From Hormiphora californensis (lineage: Eukaryota > Animalia > Ctenophora), in assembly GCA_020137815.1 (NCBI GenBank), contig CM035360.1, positions 3,224,001 to 3,288,000 on the forward strand: a stretch of DNA of 64,000 nt. The letters run 5' to 3'. Positions 45,201 through 57,158 of this stretch are shown piece by piece. The stretch's first letter is position 1. Each line of letters begins with the position of its first letter. The notes beneath the pieces were generated by a model. The model searched no databases and was not told the origin of the DNA. It saw only the letters and a list, made by a program, of their open reading frames with translations. A program made the translations under genes and the position numbers.

Positions 45201-46509
45201 TCATCTGACTGCGAGGATCTCAATCTCAAACTCGAGATCTGTATGACCCGGAATGTTCCAAGATCGGTTTCCAATCTTTCCGTAGCCCTTCTTACTGGAC
45301 ATCACTATTTTGGAGATCTCTCCCTCGCTCATTCCTATACAACCCTCGTCCCACCCTTGAATGAGGCTCCCTGAAAGTGAGAAAAACGTTAGAGGGGGAT
45401 ATAGAAGGAAGAAAGAAGGGGGATAGAGAGGGATAGTGAATGAAAGAGATAGATATAAGGAATGAAAAGGAGGAGGATAGCATAGGATAGAGAGGGATAT
45501 AAAGAGAGGGGTAAAGAGAGAGAGAGGGATATAGAGAGTCGGGAGAGGTGAAAAAAAGAAAATCAATGATAGCAGGGAAGAAACAAAAGACTCGTAAAAT
45601 GGCGTAAATTATAATTCCCCGTTTTTCACGTGTTCAAAGTGCAGTGGAGATGCTTTGTTAATCTCCCCTAACTAATTATCTCCCCTTAGTAAAAGTATCT
45701 CGTGGAAACAGGAAAACAGGTTGGGGTAGTGGTTCTGCCGTTTTGTTGAGTATCTCTAGAAGTATCTCCTTAGTAGATAGAGACCCGTACTCAACAAAAT
45801 CACATGAGGTCACGTGACTTTATCCGTGGCGTAACGGGGAATGATTTCATTGGGAAAACGGAGAATAAAACATGGGAAAACACAGGGTATACACGTGAAA
45901 AAGAAAAGCACGGGGAAACAATTCACAAGATAGACAACGATATAATGGTACTAAATCAAATAAATTGACAGAAGCTTTCGAGAACACTGTGTTTCACGTC
46001 TTCAGCTATAGGGAAACGAAAAAACTATGACATACCCACTCCCGCGGTATACGTGAATGGGTTTCCACCTTTGGTGCACCAGAACACCTTGCCCGAATCC
46101 TTGATTTTCCCGGTAACATGGCAAACTACCTTAACTCCGGGGACTACAAAATCTTTCTCGTATCCTGAGGTGGAGGGGAAATTAATGTTTTGGAAAATCC
46201 AGGGAGGATTCTTTGAGAGGTGAAGTGAAACCGAAAACTTGTGACTTGGGCATGCGTGAGATGACTTCGAGTAGCAAGTGATAACCTGATAGCACCAACC
46301 AGGAACCGACCGACACAAGTAAACAACCAATCAGAACTCGTTATTTAGGTCACGTGACTGGTTATCAGCCAATCAGGGACCAGTATTTCCTGATTCGGTC
46401 GGTTCCTGGCACCAACCTTTCCGAATAACCTCCTTGTAAACAAGATCGTTGACTTCCACAATGTTATCTCCCTCCGGGATCTGGAAGTTGTTCGCATCTT
46501 TATCTTTGC
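45201..46509 (-). CDS. FKBP-type peptidyl-prolyl isomerase domain (3 exons), apparently the C-terminal part of a COX11 fusion
   Basis: Exons 46417-46509, 46036-46164, 45201-45370: YKEVIRKG...VVCHVTG...FWCTK..NPFTYTAGVGSLIQGWDEGCIGMSEGE...GYG...WNIPGHTDLEFEIEIL. No in-frame ATG of its own ahead of the domain. Confidence 0.9.
46300..46408 (+). mobile_element. hAT-type MITE
   Basis: TSD GCACCAAC, i.e. GTTGGTGC on the minus strand, which is the first 8 nt of the intron. Confidence 0.9.
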
Positions 46510-46690
46510 CTGGAACATTATATTGAACTTTGAAAGGCTTCAACTGAATTCTTTAGAAAAGTGCATGACATCAAAACCAAGTAATATATGTCTTACACAA
46601 TTGACAATACACGAATGTTTTAGTGCCAAATTTCAAAATTAGAGGACTCGGCAACTCAGGTAGTGCCAATAATTGGATTCCACCACTTAC

Positions 46691-48407
46691 CAGTAATCAC
46701 AGACTTCACATTAGCCATAATTTCATTCATGTCAAACCGAGACTGTTTATCATTGGTGTTAAAGAATGTGTAGTGGAGGGAGACGTTGTGGCAACGAGCA
46801 TTGATTAGATCTGGATCAAGCGCGAACTCAGGGTCTGGAAATACATTTGAGGGGTTACAGTTGTGAGTACATCGGAACCTTAACAAATCAATAGAAATGC
46901 GACCAGTATTTCCTTACCGATGTAAAAGAAGACGGGCATGTCTAGCTCCTCTCCTGGGTTCAGAGTCTGCTCATCAAAACAGAAACACTGGATCTTGTTG
47001 AAGTATACCCCGGCCTCAAATGGGGTGACATTGTAGGTTGAGATACCAGTGAGGACTTCGGTTGAGTTGTTCCTAGCGGTGAAGAATGCTAAACATGTCT
47101 CACCCGGCACCAACTCAACCTATAGGTGATGGTAGTGTTAATTAGGTAGGGCTCCCAGGTCAACCTATAGGTGATGGTAGTATTAATTAGGTAGGGCTCC
47201 CAGGTCAACCTATAGGTGATGGTAGTGTTAATTAGGTAGGGCTCCCAACTCAACCTATAGGTGATGGTAGTGTTAATTAGGCAGGGTTTCCAACTCAACC
47301 TATAGGTGATGGTAGTGTTAATTAGGCAGGGCTCCCAGGTCAACTTGGGTTTAATTATGTAGTCTTAATTATGCAATTATGTGCGACTAACTTGGATCTT
47401 AAAATTAAAACATCTCATTAGAAGTGATGGAAAACAACTCAAATTACCGTATCTTGAACAGGTTCAAAGCTCCAGTCAAGGTTGGGATTAACAGTCCCAG
47501 TAAATGTAACTGTGATAGGCCGCCATTCTACCGGTGTCATTGCCTTTAACTTTTCCTCGTCCTCTTTTGTGTGTTTCTGTGTTGTACCACCATACCCTGG
47601 ATGATTGGAGGAGAAGGAGATATATTAACTAAAGGACTCTTTACCTTTTGGGGCTCCCTCAATATTTGAGGTTTGAAAGAGAACGAAAAGTTATATGAAA
47701 AGGACTCAAAAGAGTCTCCGATAAGTCTTCAGTTGGTTTGAAAATATTTCATAGAACAGTGAATACTGCCGTATTTTCATTCGTAACATGGAATAAATAA
47801 AGTTGTCCTTTACGGCGCCAAATACACAAACTTGTTACCCTCACCAGTGGCACTGCAGAACAGTTTGTAGAGTGGAACAGCGGCAGCAGAAACCCCAAAC
47901 ATGAATAACAAGATAGAAACCGAAATTATCATCCAGTCCCGCTTCTTCTGCTTGCTGTACCCACTGTTATACTGTTCCATGATCTTCTGGGCCTCCTTCA
48001 TTCGTTCCGTATTGTCGTCACTGAACAACCGAGCGGGCGTGACGACCACTCCACCTCTCAGCCACACTGGTGTGGTGTGTGGTACACCGGCTGGGAGAGG
48101 AATAGAGAGAGGTTAGAACCAGGAACCGACCGAAACAAGTAAACAACCAATCAGAACTCGTTATTTAGGTCACGTGACTGGTTATCAGCCAATTAGGGAC
48201 CAGTATTTCGGTCGGTTCCGGCTGGGAGAGGAATAGAGATGTTACTAGACTTGAGAAAGAGAGAGTAATGCTACAGTCGGAGAATAATCAAAGTGTGGGT
48301 TCAGGGTTGTTAGGTAAATTACCTTGAGAAATGTTGAAGGGGAGGGATCGTGCTCTTGACAATAGCAATTGTCGAGAGGATGTAATCCCTCGTAAACACA
48401 TCACCAT
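46691..48407 (-). CDS. COX11: Cytochrome c oxidase assembly protein COX11
   Basis: Approximate exons 48323-48407, 47845-48090, 47449-47596, 46918-47119, 46691-46834: presequence, [61 protein letters not shown]. Confidence 0.95.
47113..47345. repeat. 45-bp minisatellite spanning a COX11 splice acceptor
   Basis: Minus-strand unit GTTGA...CCTAATTAACACTACCATCACCTATAG, about 5 copies. Confidence 0.9.
48120..48220 (+). mobile_element. hAT-type MITE (small internal deletion)
   Basis: Same family; flanked by a duplicated acceptor region GGCTGGGAGAGGAATAGAGA. Confidence 0.8.
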
Positions 48408-48867
48408 GATAACTAAGAAGTGATTAGGAAATAATTATGAAGTAATTATGAGGTGATTATGAAGTACAGGCGGACCCCAATTTACCGGGATGCTCGAGGG
48501 AAAGCTTTTGCCCGGTAAATCGGGGTGCCCGGTATATCGGGGTCAAATGCTGCTAATTCCCTATATCGGGAGAAGTTTATCCTTCCGGTATTGGATGAGT
48601 ATAATAATTGTGAAATAATTATACTGGGAGAGGAGTTCATTGCGTTCAGATTCTAACTTTCACAATTGAGGAGCTAAATGTTCCGGAATGTCAACATTTA
48701 GATCCGATTTGGCGGGGAAAGAACAAATAAAAAACCTCTCCACAGATCAGTTTACAAAACATTCTTCCAATAACTTATAATATACACACTCACAAACATT
48801 GTTTCTCGATTATTATATCCACTCATAAATTACCAGTAAATTACCAGTAAACTACCAGTGGTGACCT

Positions 48868-49424
48868 CTACTTCAGTTTGGAGTACCGGAAATCAAACTT
48901 TGGCTCTGCACTCGTCCACAGATATGCCCCACCAAAGGTCAGAGCTAATGCTGAAAACATTTGGAAGGGAACATGGCCCCAGAAGTAGTTGGTAGGAGTC
49001 ATTGCATGGAGAACATCTCTAATACCGTTAAGAGGAGCACCACCTGCGTGTCTCACCGACTGGCCTGCGTGGGGAGGACTTGGTTACTCGCTAGAAAGGA
49101 GGGGTAACCATTATGTATGGAGAACAAAAAGGCAGTTAGATTATGAAAACAAGCAACAAGATTACTGTTAAGGTTATTGGACTAATTATTAGTTTCATGA
49201 ATTAGTGCAATGACTTAGTAACTTGGTAACATGATGGGGGATCTTGGTTACCAAGTCACCCCTGTTATTATATTGCATATATCTGAGGGCTTTTGCGGAG
49301 GGGTCAGGGGTAATTTCATTACCAATGGGGGATCATAGTTTGTTATTGTGTGGCACTTACCACTAGCTTTAGGGTGGGCCAAAGGTTTCAACCTCCGTAC
49401 ACCAGCACGCAGTGCAACGTTCAT
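48868..49424 (-). CDS. 86-aa single-TM protein with mitochondrial-type presequence (2 exons)
   Basis: Exons 49361-49424 and 48868-49064: MNVALRAGVRRLKPLAHPKASGQSVRHAGG...FQMFSALALTFGGAYLW...; GT-AG in phase. Confidence 0.65.
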
Positions 49425-49453
49425 TCTGTGAGGAAACACACACTGTTACATTC

Positions 49454-49562
49454 CAGGAACCGACCGAAACAAGTAAACAACCAATCAGAACTCGTTATTT
49501 AGGTCACGTGACTGGTTATCAGCCAATCAGGGACCAGTATTTCCTGATTCGGTCGGTTCCTG
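49454..49562 (+). mobile_element. hAT-type MITE
   Basis: TSD TTACATTC. Confidence 0.9.
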
Positions 49563-49781
49563 TTACATTCATTGTAACATTGTAACGTTACAGTGTACTG
49601 CAAGATTCAAACAAAGCGTATTGTTTTGGTGAAAGTCAACTATTGTGTAAAACTGATTCAATAAAATTCAGGGTCAAAAGCAAATAATGTACATCTCTCT
49701 CCTTAACTGTCTGTTCGGTCTGTTTGAAGCACTTCTACAAATATCTTCATCATTTTCGGACTCTCATTTGCTACAAGCAAT

Positions 49782-51125
49782 TCACTTTTTGAACAGGGGT
49801 TTACACCCAATATTGATAATATCATCCACCCACCCCCATGCCACAATACTAATCCTCCCTTCCGGGACCTGCTTCTCAGGCGCTACCTGTGGAACCCCAT
49901 GCCTCCATATCACATTTACATCATTGCAAAACGTGTACACTGTCCCATTTGGTAACGGGAAATTGACAGTAGAACCCGAGGTAGCATGTTGAAATGATGC
50001 CTCCCTTTCAGTCCCGAAACTAACCGCAACGGTTATGTTCTGAACGGCCGCTTTCTCCGGTTTCACTGCGGCAGCATCGTGATGATAAGGCTTCCAGTCG
50101 GTTGTATCCCTGAACCAGTTAAACCGGGTAGCCTGGATATCCATCCCGAAATAATCCCGTAACTTCCCGATTACCATGTCAAAAGTTGGGAAAGATTGGT
50201 TTCTCCTGAATTTATCATTAGCAATGAGGTGGTTATCTCCATGCCACAGTTTCCACTCGTGATTCTTATTTTCCTCTACCTCCTTCAACAGATTCTGGTA
50301 AATCGTCTTATCGTCCGGCTGACAGAAGAGATGACTCACAATTATCACATCTCGAGAAGTTATCTCTCGGTTGTACCGGTTAGCACCCGTCGGTGCCATT
50401 AGTACTCGCATCTCTGCCGGGGTATGATCCGGCTCAAAGTCGACTGTATTCCGAATTGGTTTGTTGTTGTTTTTGTGCCGGTTGTTGTTGTTGTTTTGCC
50501 GGTTTTTATCCCGGTAACCCATATTATCCTTGATCTGGTTTTCATGGGAGTTGTTTGCCTTTCCAAGGAAATCATCCCCCTTATTAGGTGGATCAGCGAA
50601 TGTGAATGTCCGACCCGATCCCGGTGTGCCAATCGGTGCCCATCCTGTTTTTGGTGCCTGCTGAGTGTCCCCTGAAGGTGGTTGTTGAGGGGTCCTAGAA
50701 CGGCCTCTTCCTAATCCTCGCTGCCCGGAAAACCCTCCTCGAGTAAGGTGTGATGATGCTCCTGGGAAGGGGGAGGAGGGGTTAGATTAACAAGTAAACA
50801 ACTAATCAGAAATCGATATCTAGGTCACGTGACTGGTTATCAGCCAATCAGGGACCAGTATTTCCTGATTCGGTCGGTTCCTGCAAGCTATTGAAACTCA
50901 CAACTATCCCCAAACATTTAGCTTCATTTTTCCCGCACCCGAGTGAAACATAATGCAGTTATTCTTGTATCCAAACAAAAAATTAATGAGGGGCTCACCT
51001 CCTCTTCCTCTCTGTTGCTGTGAGGTACCTCCCCTGGCACCTCTGCCAGGTTCGTAAAGATTCTGAGTAGGGAGGTTCCTGTTGCACGAGGGTAATGCAT
51101 CACTCATTCCCGACAAGTTATCCAT
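49782..51125 (-). CDS. AlkB-like 2OG-Fe(II) dioxygenase with RG-rich N-terminus (2 exons)
   Basis: Exons 50999-51125 and 49782-50761; RFNWF, KPYHHDAA (HxD), VSFG..R, WRHGVP, RISIVAWG. Confidence 0.85.
50790..50884 (+). mobile_element. hAT-type MITE (5'-truncated)
   Basis: Same family; left TIR missing. Confidence 0.8.
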
Positions 51126-51513
51126 TATCTAGTCATTGGGAGGAAGATTTATTTTCTTGTTTTCTAAGTTTTTACTACATTAAAATATCTTCCGTATGTT
51201 CTTCCGAATCATCTAGAAATGTTAGAGCATCAGATGCTATAGGTAGATCACTGCAAAATGCAAATAATACCCAGTATCTCTCCACGAACAGTTTTCCTCG
51301 AAAAAGAAGAGATACGTACCTTTGTTTAGATACCAATAATTAGTATATCGCGGGTAACAAAGTTTTGGCGATATTCTATGAGGATAACACGTGTGTTCGT
51401 CACGTGCGTGGGGACGGAATGAGTCGTGGTGACGGAGTGAGCCGTGGTTTAAAAACCAACCAACATGGACCATCCCAGTTTATTCCATTCGTTTTATTTT
51501 CTACTACAGAGAA

Positions 51514-52908
51514 ATGAAGCTCCTGTGCCTGACTTTGGTTCTTTTTGGGGCGACCTGGGCCAAACAAAAGGTACACGTTTCATTTTCCCATTTCTACTAG
51601 ATCGGCTCCAAGTCAATTTCCTACTAGATTATTCATGTTTTAGCTTTAGGTCTATAAAATATTAACCATGGTAACCACACAAATTATTAACAACCGTTTC
51701 AGACACTGAAGGTAACAGTCTACACAGAGGGACACTCAGAAGAGTCGGGAACGACAGATATCATCACGCTGAGAGTTCACGGTGCCTCCCAGGATGTTGA
51801 ACGGATTCTGGGTAGTGATTTCCCTGCAGGCTCTGTCAAAGAGGTGCACGAAACACTAATGTTCACTTCAAATATTACAACATTATCATAACAAGTAGAA
51901 ATTATGGAGCAAGAACAATTATAGTAGACACATCATATTTCGCGCAAACATTCGTTCCAATTTACAGATTCATTGACCCTTTCTTCTTCTTCTTATTTTT
52001 TCTCGCAGCCTCTTTGCACTATCCTTGGCCCACTATATTTTGACACTACATTTCAGATCACATACAACATAGATGAGAACCTGGGTAACGTGTATTGCAT
52101 TGATCTGGAGACGGATGGTGACGATTGGTGGTGGCCCAGGACAGTCAAAGTGCAGTACGAGAACAAGGACCCTGTGTATTTCTACAATTCATTCAACCAG
52201 AAACTTTCCATTGATGCTGACGGTTTGTACTGAGAAATATAAAGTGATACGTTTTTACCACCCAAACTTTCTGAACCCACAAGACCCATTACAAGCCTTA
52301 TTAAATGAAACTTTTTGCACTAACCCAACACTATGAATAAAGATCTGGAAGAATCCTCTAAAACCCACCTCCTCTCCAGATGCTGCCCCTGCCATATGGA
52401 TGTGTACTCAGGGAACAACAACCTGCACCATACAGGCAACTACCAGTGACACAACAACTCACGCTAAATCCGATAATATCGTCCTCATGGCAACTATCTA
52501 CGGAAGCAAGGGACCCACGATGACCGGCGTGTTCGATAATCATGATATTGATGATTTCGAAAATGTGAGATTTTAATTATAAACCCTAGCGTAATGCCGT
52601 TATAGTAAGAAGGTGTAGATTGGGTGAGACTGTTATCACCATTTTCTAGGGGTTTATTATCTAGTTCTTTATTAACCGGTATTTAACCCCTCTCTCAGGG
52701 AGAGACAAACAGTTTCGAGTTCGTTGGAATGAGGAACGTGGGGAATATCAAGTGTATCGCACTCCGAGCAATAGCCGGGCCTGATGCCTGGTTGTTTACC
52801 AGTATCAAGGTTACCTGTGCGAAGAAAAGCAAGACCTTTACTAACAAGTATAACGCCTGGATGACTGAGGATTCGAGCCAAGGACTTTCCTACTACAAAC
52901 TTTGCTGA
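51514..52908 (+). CDS. Secreted protein with two PLAT/LH2-like domains (5 exons)
   Basis: Signal MKLLCLTLVLFGATWA; KVTVYT...SGT.D.I.L..HG; LGNVYCIDL...DWWWP..V.V; second repeat IYGSKG...DDFENGETNSF...VGNIKCI...DAW. Approximate exons 51514-51570, 51703-51843, 52057-52222, 52380-52564, 52699-52908. Confidence 0.75.
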
Positions 52909-53344
52909 AGGTAGAGCTCGGAATACTGACCAATTTCATGTTATGCAGTAGAAAAAGTGTGTGTCTTAAAAAACATTGAGTGATAATGTTAAAATGTATG
53001 TATATTTTTTGTCAAATAAATATGTGTTGTTTGACCCAACAAAAAATATTGCATTATGTATCTATAATGCGAAGTTTCCCTGACACAAATGGGTGTAAAC
53101 TTGATGACTAAGCTTCAAAACTGGATTTCCTGATGAATTTTGTGCTCAAATAGCAACTTCTTGGCTGATGCCATCACCCATGTTATTTGCTATGGTAACC
53201 AAGGCAGTTGCTATGGTAACCTAGGTGCAGTTGTATAGGAGACCTTAGTTGGTTACCAACTAACAAATGCTTCAACTCGAATTACTCGCAATTGTGTGAT
53301 AGTACAGAGTAGTTTAATGTTTCGTAGACTTGCTACCACTTCAT

Positions 53345-56300
53345 GGCAGGGCGTGATTATAATCTGGATGCCTTGGCCCTTGCAGCCTGTTTACAGGTGT
53401 GCGCTAGCAAAAAGAGCACAATTTTTTTTCAAACGGCTATGCCACGCAACCACATGGCCAATTTGGTTAAACTAAATGGTATCTGATAGAGAATCGATAG
53501 CATTAACCGATAACCCCAATACAAACAAACCCCTAACAAGCCCTAACAGGCCGGCCTAACCCGATGAGTTGAGTTAGCAATGGAAGGCTCCCGGATTTTA
53601 ACTTCGCCCGTCATGGTATGGCGGTAGGGCGCCGTTACGATCTGGGTGTTTCGTGGCCTGTTTACAGGTGCACGCTGCCAAAAAAGATGATTCACTAAAA
53701 CGGCTCTAACCGCCGAACCACTCAACCGTTTTGGCTAATTCAAAGTTTATCTGGTAGGGAATGTCAAGGCCTAACCTCAACCCCAACACTAACCTTAACC
53801 CTACTTTAGCCCTAACCCTAAAAAACCGTACTCACGAAACCAGGGGCGGCTTTGGTACCCACCCAACCGTCCTTGCAAGTTGCAGCCCCTGGACCCTGCT
53901 TGCGGGGGCGCTGCCCCCTACACCCCCGCCGGGGCTATCGCCCCAGGCCCCGGACGGTTAAGGCAGCTCGTGGCCGAAGCACCCAGATTTTAACGCTGGC
54001 CAGAATTCCCATGGAAGGCACCCAGATTTTAACGTTTTCCATGAGGCCCCTCGGAAATGTTCAAGTCATGCACAATCAAGTCACGCCCACCAATCACAGC
54101 TCAGAACGCGCGGAGTGCTTCACGCGTTCTGTGCTGTGATTGGTGGGCGTGACTTGGGTGACCTACAACTATGGCTCATGCAACTATGGCTCATAAAATC
54201 TATGAGCCATAGATGCATGCAACTATGGCTCATAGATTTTATGAGCCATAGATGCATACAACTATGGCTCATAGAAATGTGATCTGATTAGGTTCTATGA
54301 GCCAAAGCTAGTGAGAGTGAGAGGGACGTGAGTGACACGTGAGTGACACGTGAGTGACACGTGAGTGACACGTGAGTGACATGTGAGTGACACGTGAGTT
54401 TTCGAATCATGTAATATTAAATGAGCACAAATGTAAACGATTTACATAATGATAAATCTAATATTACATAATTAAAATTACACTATCAGTTCATCTTGGA
54501 TACAAGATGTTTATTCAAATCTATGATCGGATAGGTACTAAACAGCCGCCTTGCATTATCACTATCAGGATCCACAGTAAAAAACTCTCCAACAGGTCTG
54601 ATTTTCGAGAAAGTAGTATAGGTAGGATGTTCCCAGAAATTGCCTGGCTAAAGTTTCTGATCTTTCACACTCTTCCAAAACCTCCCGGTACTCGTTGAAC
54701 GTTGTAGTATTGTTCGTGACATCGATAACAATTATAGCTAGTGAATCCACTAACAAATTCTAATGAGCGGGATGGATATTTGACAGTGTCACATATCCAC
54801 CCCCCTCACTGACACGATTCTGGGATGCGTCATTAGCAGAGTGAAACGATACGAGATACGAAACTTATGATTCGGGGGAGCTCATTAGCAGTGTGAGACG
54901 ATACGGTATATGGAACATGATTCGGGGAAGCTGATTAGGAGTGCTAGACGATATGAGACACGATTCGGAGAATGTTTTATCGCTCTTTCTATCTATCTCT
55001 ATCTCTATCTATCTCTATCTCTTTTTGTCAATTATCTTGGACTTGAGAACCAGATGAGGTACCTACCATTATACAGGGTGGTTCAGAAACATGGAGCCAC
55101 TTGGAGATAAGAATGGGAAAAATACAATCCTCTCTCTATTGTACGGATCCAAATTTCAACGTTTTACCCTGTCAGTTGACAGGCTGATAATTTTTATGAA
55201 AGAGTGACTCTCTGTCGATCGCAATCCTCAGGGGACACTTTTTCTAGTCAAGAGACTGTGAAGATACGTGTTTAATTACACTGTACATCAGAGAGCGAAC
55301 TGTATTGACGCTTTAGTTATCTCAAAGTGGCTCCATGTTTCTGAACCACCCTGTACTATAATGCGAGCTGACGCTACACACTTGGTGAGTTTAGTGCCCT
55401 TATTTTTGGTAATAAGAGCCTATCGGCTCGCCTCATTGTTTTTAGGAGGATATGTTGTTTTATATGGAATGCGTTGGGTTTTTTTTCCGAGTCTTGCCAA
55501 ACAGACCAAATTCAAACCATTCCATCTAAAACAACAACATATCCCCCTAAAAACAACGGGGCTGAGCCGACATCCAGATAAAAAAGGAAAAGGAGTATGG
55601 ACAAAAATAAGGGCACCAAAGTTTGTAGCTTCCTCGCATTAGTATGAGTAGGTATCTCATCTGGTTCTCAAGATAATTGACAAAAAGAAATAGATGAGGT
55701 ATAAACTCTGGCCACTGGCACGTTATTTCAGATACCTTTCTCCCAGCGTGCCGCTGGGAGAAGGTAGCTGTAGTTTATCCGCCAGTGGCGGATAAACTGG
55801 TTTAAATCACGACGACGATCCTGAGGCGTAGCCGAGGGAGAGGCGGAGGGGTTTAAACCAATAACGTGCCATTGGTCAGAGTTTGTAGGTTATATACCCT
55901 GCTTTAGTTGTTTGTTTCAAGTATTACATACTAACAAGAGAGAGAACACTAATCAAAACATATCCATCCCGCTCATTAGAATTTGTTAGTGGATTCACTA
56001 GCTATAATTGTTATCGACGTCACGAACAACACTACAACGTTCAACGAGTACCGGGAGGTTTTGGAAGAGTGTGAAAGATCAGAAACTTTAGCCAGGCAAT
56101 TTCTGGGAACATCCTACCTATACTACTTTCTCGAAAATCAGACCTGTTGGAGAGTTTTTTACTGTGGATCCTGATAGTGATAATGCAAGGCGGCTGTTTA
56201 GTACCTATCCGATCATAGATTTGAATAAACATCGTGTTAAGGAGCTGCTGATTCACGTGAAATGCTCTATGAACTGTCCAAAGAAGGACCCCTTTTACCA

Positions 56301-56980
56301 TTATATCCAAGATGAACTGATAGTGTAATTTTAATTATGTAATATTAGATTTATCATTATGTAAATCGTTTACATTTGTGCTCATTTAATATTACATGAT
56401 TCGAAAACTCACGTGTCACTCACATGTCACTCACGTGTCACTCACGTGTCACTCACGTGTCACTCACGTGTCACTCACGTGTCACTCACGTGTCACTCAC
56501 GTGTCACTCACGTGTCACTCACGTGTCACTCACGTCCCTCTCACTCTCACTAGCTTTGGCTCATAGAACCTAATCAGATCACATTTCTATGAGCCATAGT
56601 TGTATGCATCTATGGCTCATAAAATCTATGAGCCATAGTTGCATGCATCTATGGCTCATAGATTTTATGAGCCATAGTTGCATGAGCCATAGTTGGAAAA
56701 CGTTAAAATCTGGGTGCCTTTCATTGCTAACAATTCGTAGTTTTGGCGCGCGCGACGGGTTAGGGCTATCCGTTAGGGTCTGGTTAGGGTTTGGTTTGGG
56801 GTTATCGGTTAGGGCTATCGATTCTCTAACTGATACCGTTTAGTTTACTCAAATCGGCCATGTGGTTCCATGGCTATAGCCGTTTGAAAAAAGTCGGTCT
56901 AAGTATACTCTTTTGGCAGCGCGCACCTGTAAACACGCTGCAAGGCACCCAGATTATAATCGCGCCCGCCATAGTTGTAG
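53345..56980. mobile_element. Nested non-autonomous DNA transposons with long inverted repeats
   Basis: Outer inverted pair ~53345-53520 / 56800-56975; inner ~600-bp inverted arms ~54162-54781 / 55960-56695 containing ATGGCTCAT and (GTGAGTGACAC)n subrepeats. Confidence 0.75.
55074..55353. mobile_element. Tc1/mariner-type MITE
   Basis: TIR CAGGGTGGTTCAGAAACATGGAGCCACTT; TA TSD. Confidence 0.85.
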
Positions 56981-57008
56981 GTAATCCGTGACTTGGCCTA
57001 TGCTAAAG

Positions 57009-57158
57009 TCCATTTTTATTCAACTGTTCACCCCTCAACTCGTGCGCGTGCGATATTTTAATTTACACTGCGCGCGCTACACGTTAACATGTGATAAACG
57101 CGCAAAACAATTCCGCGCACGACTTTGGGGGGTGAACAGTTGAAAAAAAATGGAGTAT
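57009..57158. mobile_element. Short MITE-like inverted repeat
   Basis: TCCATTTTT..TCAACTGTTCACCCC / GGGGTGAACAGTTGA..AAAAATGGA. Confidence 0.6.

Noticed and set aside
54507-56310. Identical 63-aa ORFs on opposite strands
   Set aside because: They arise from the long inverted repeat arms.
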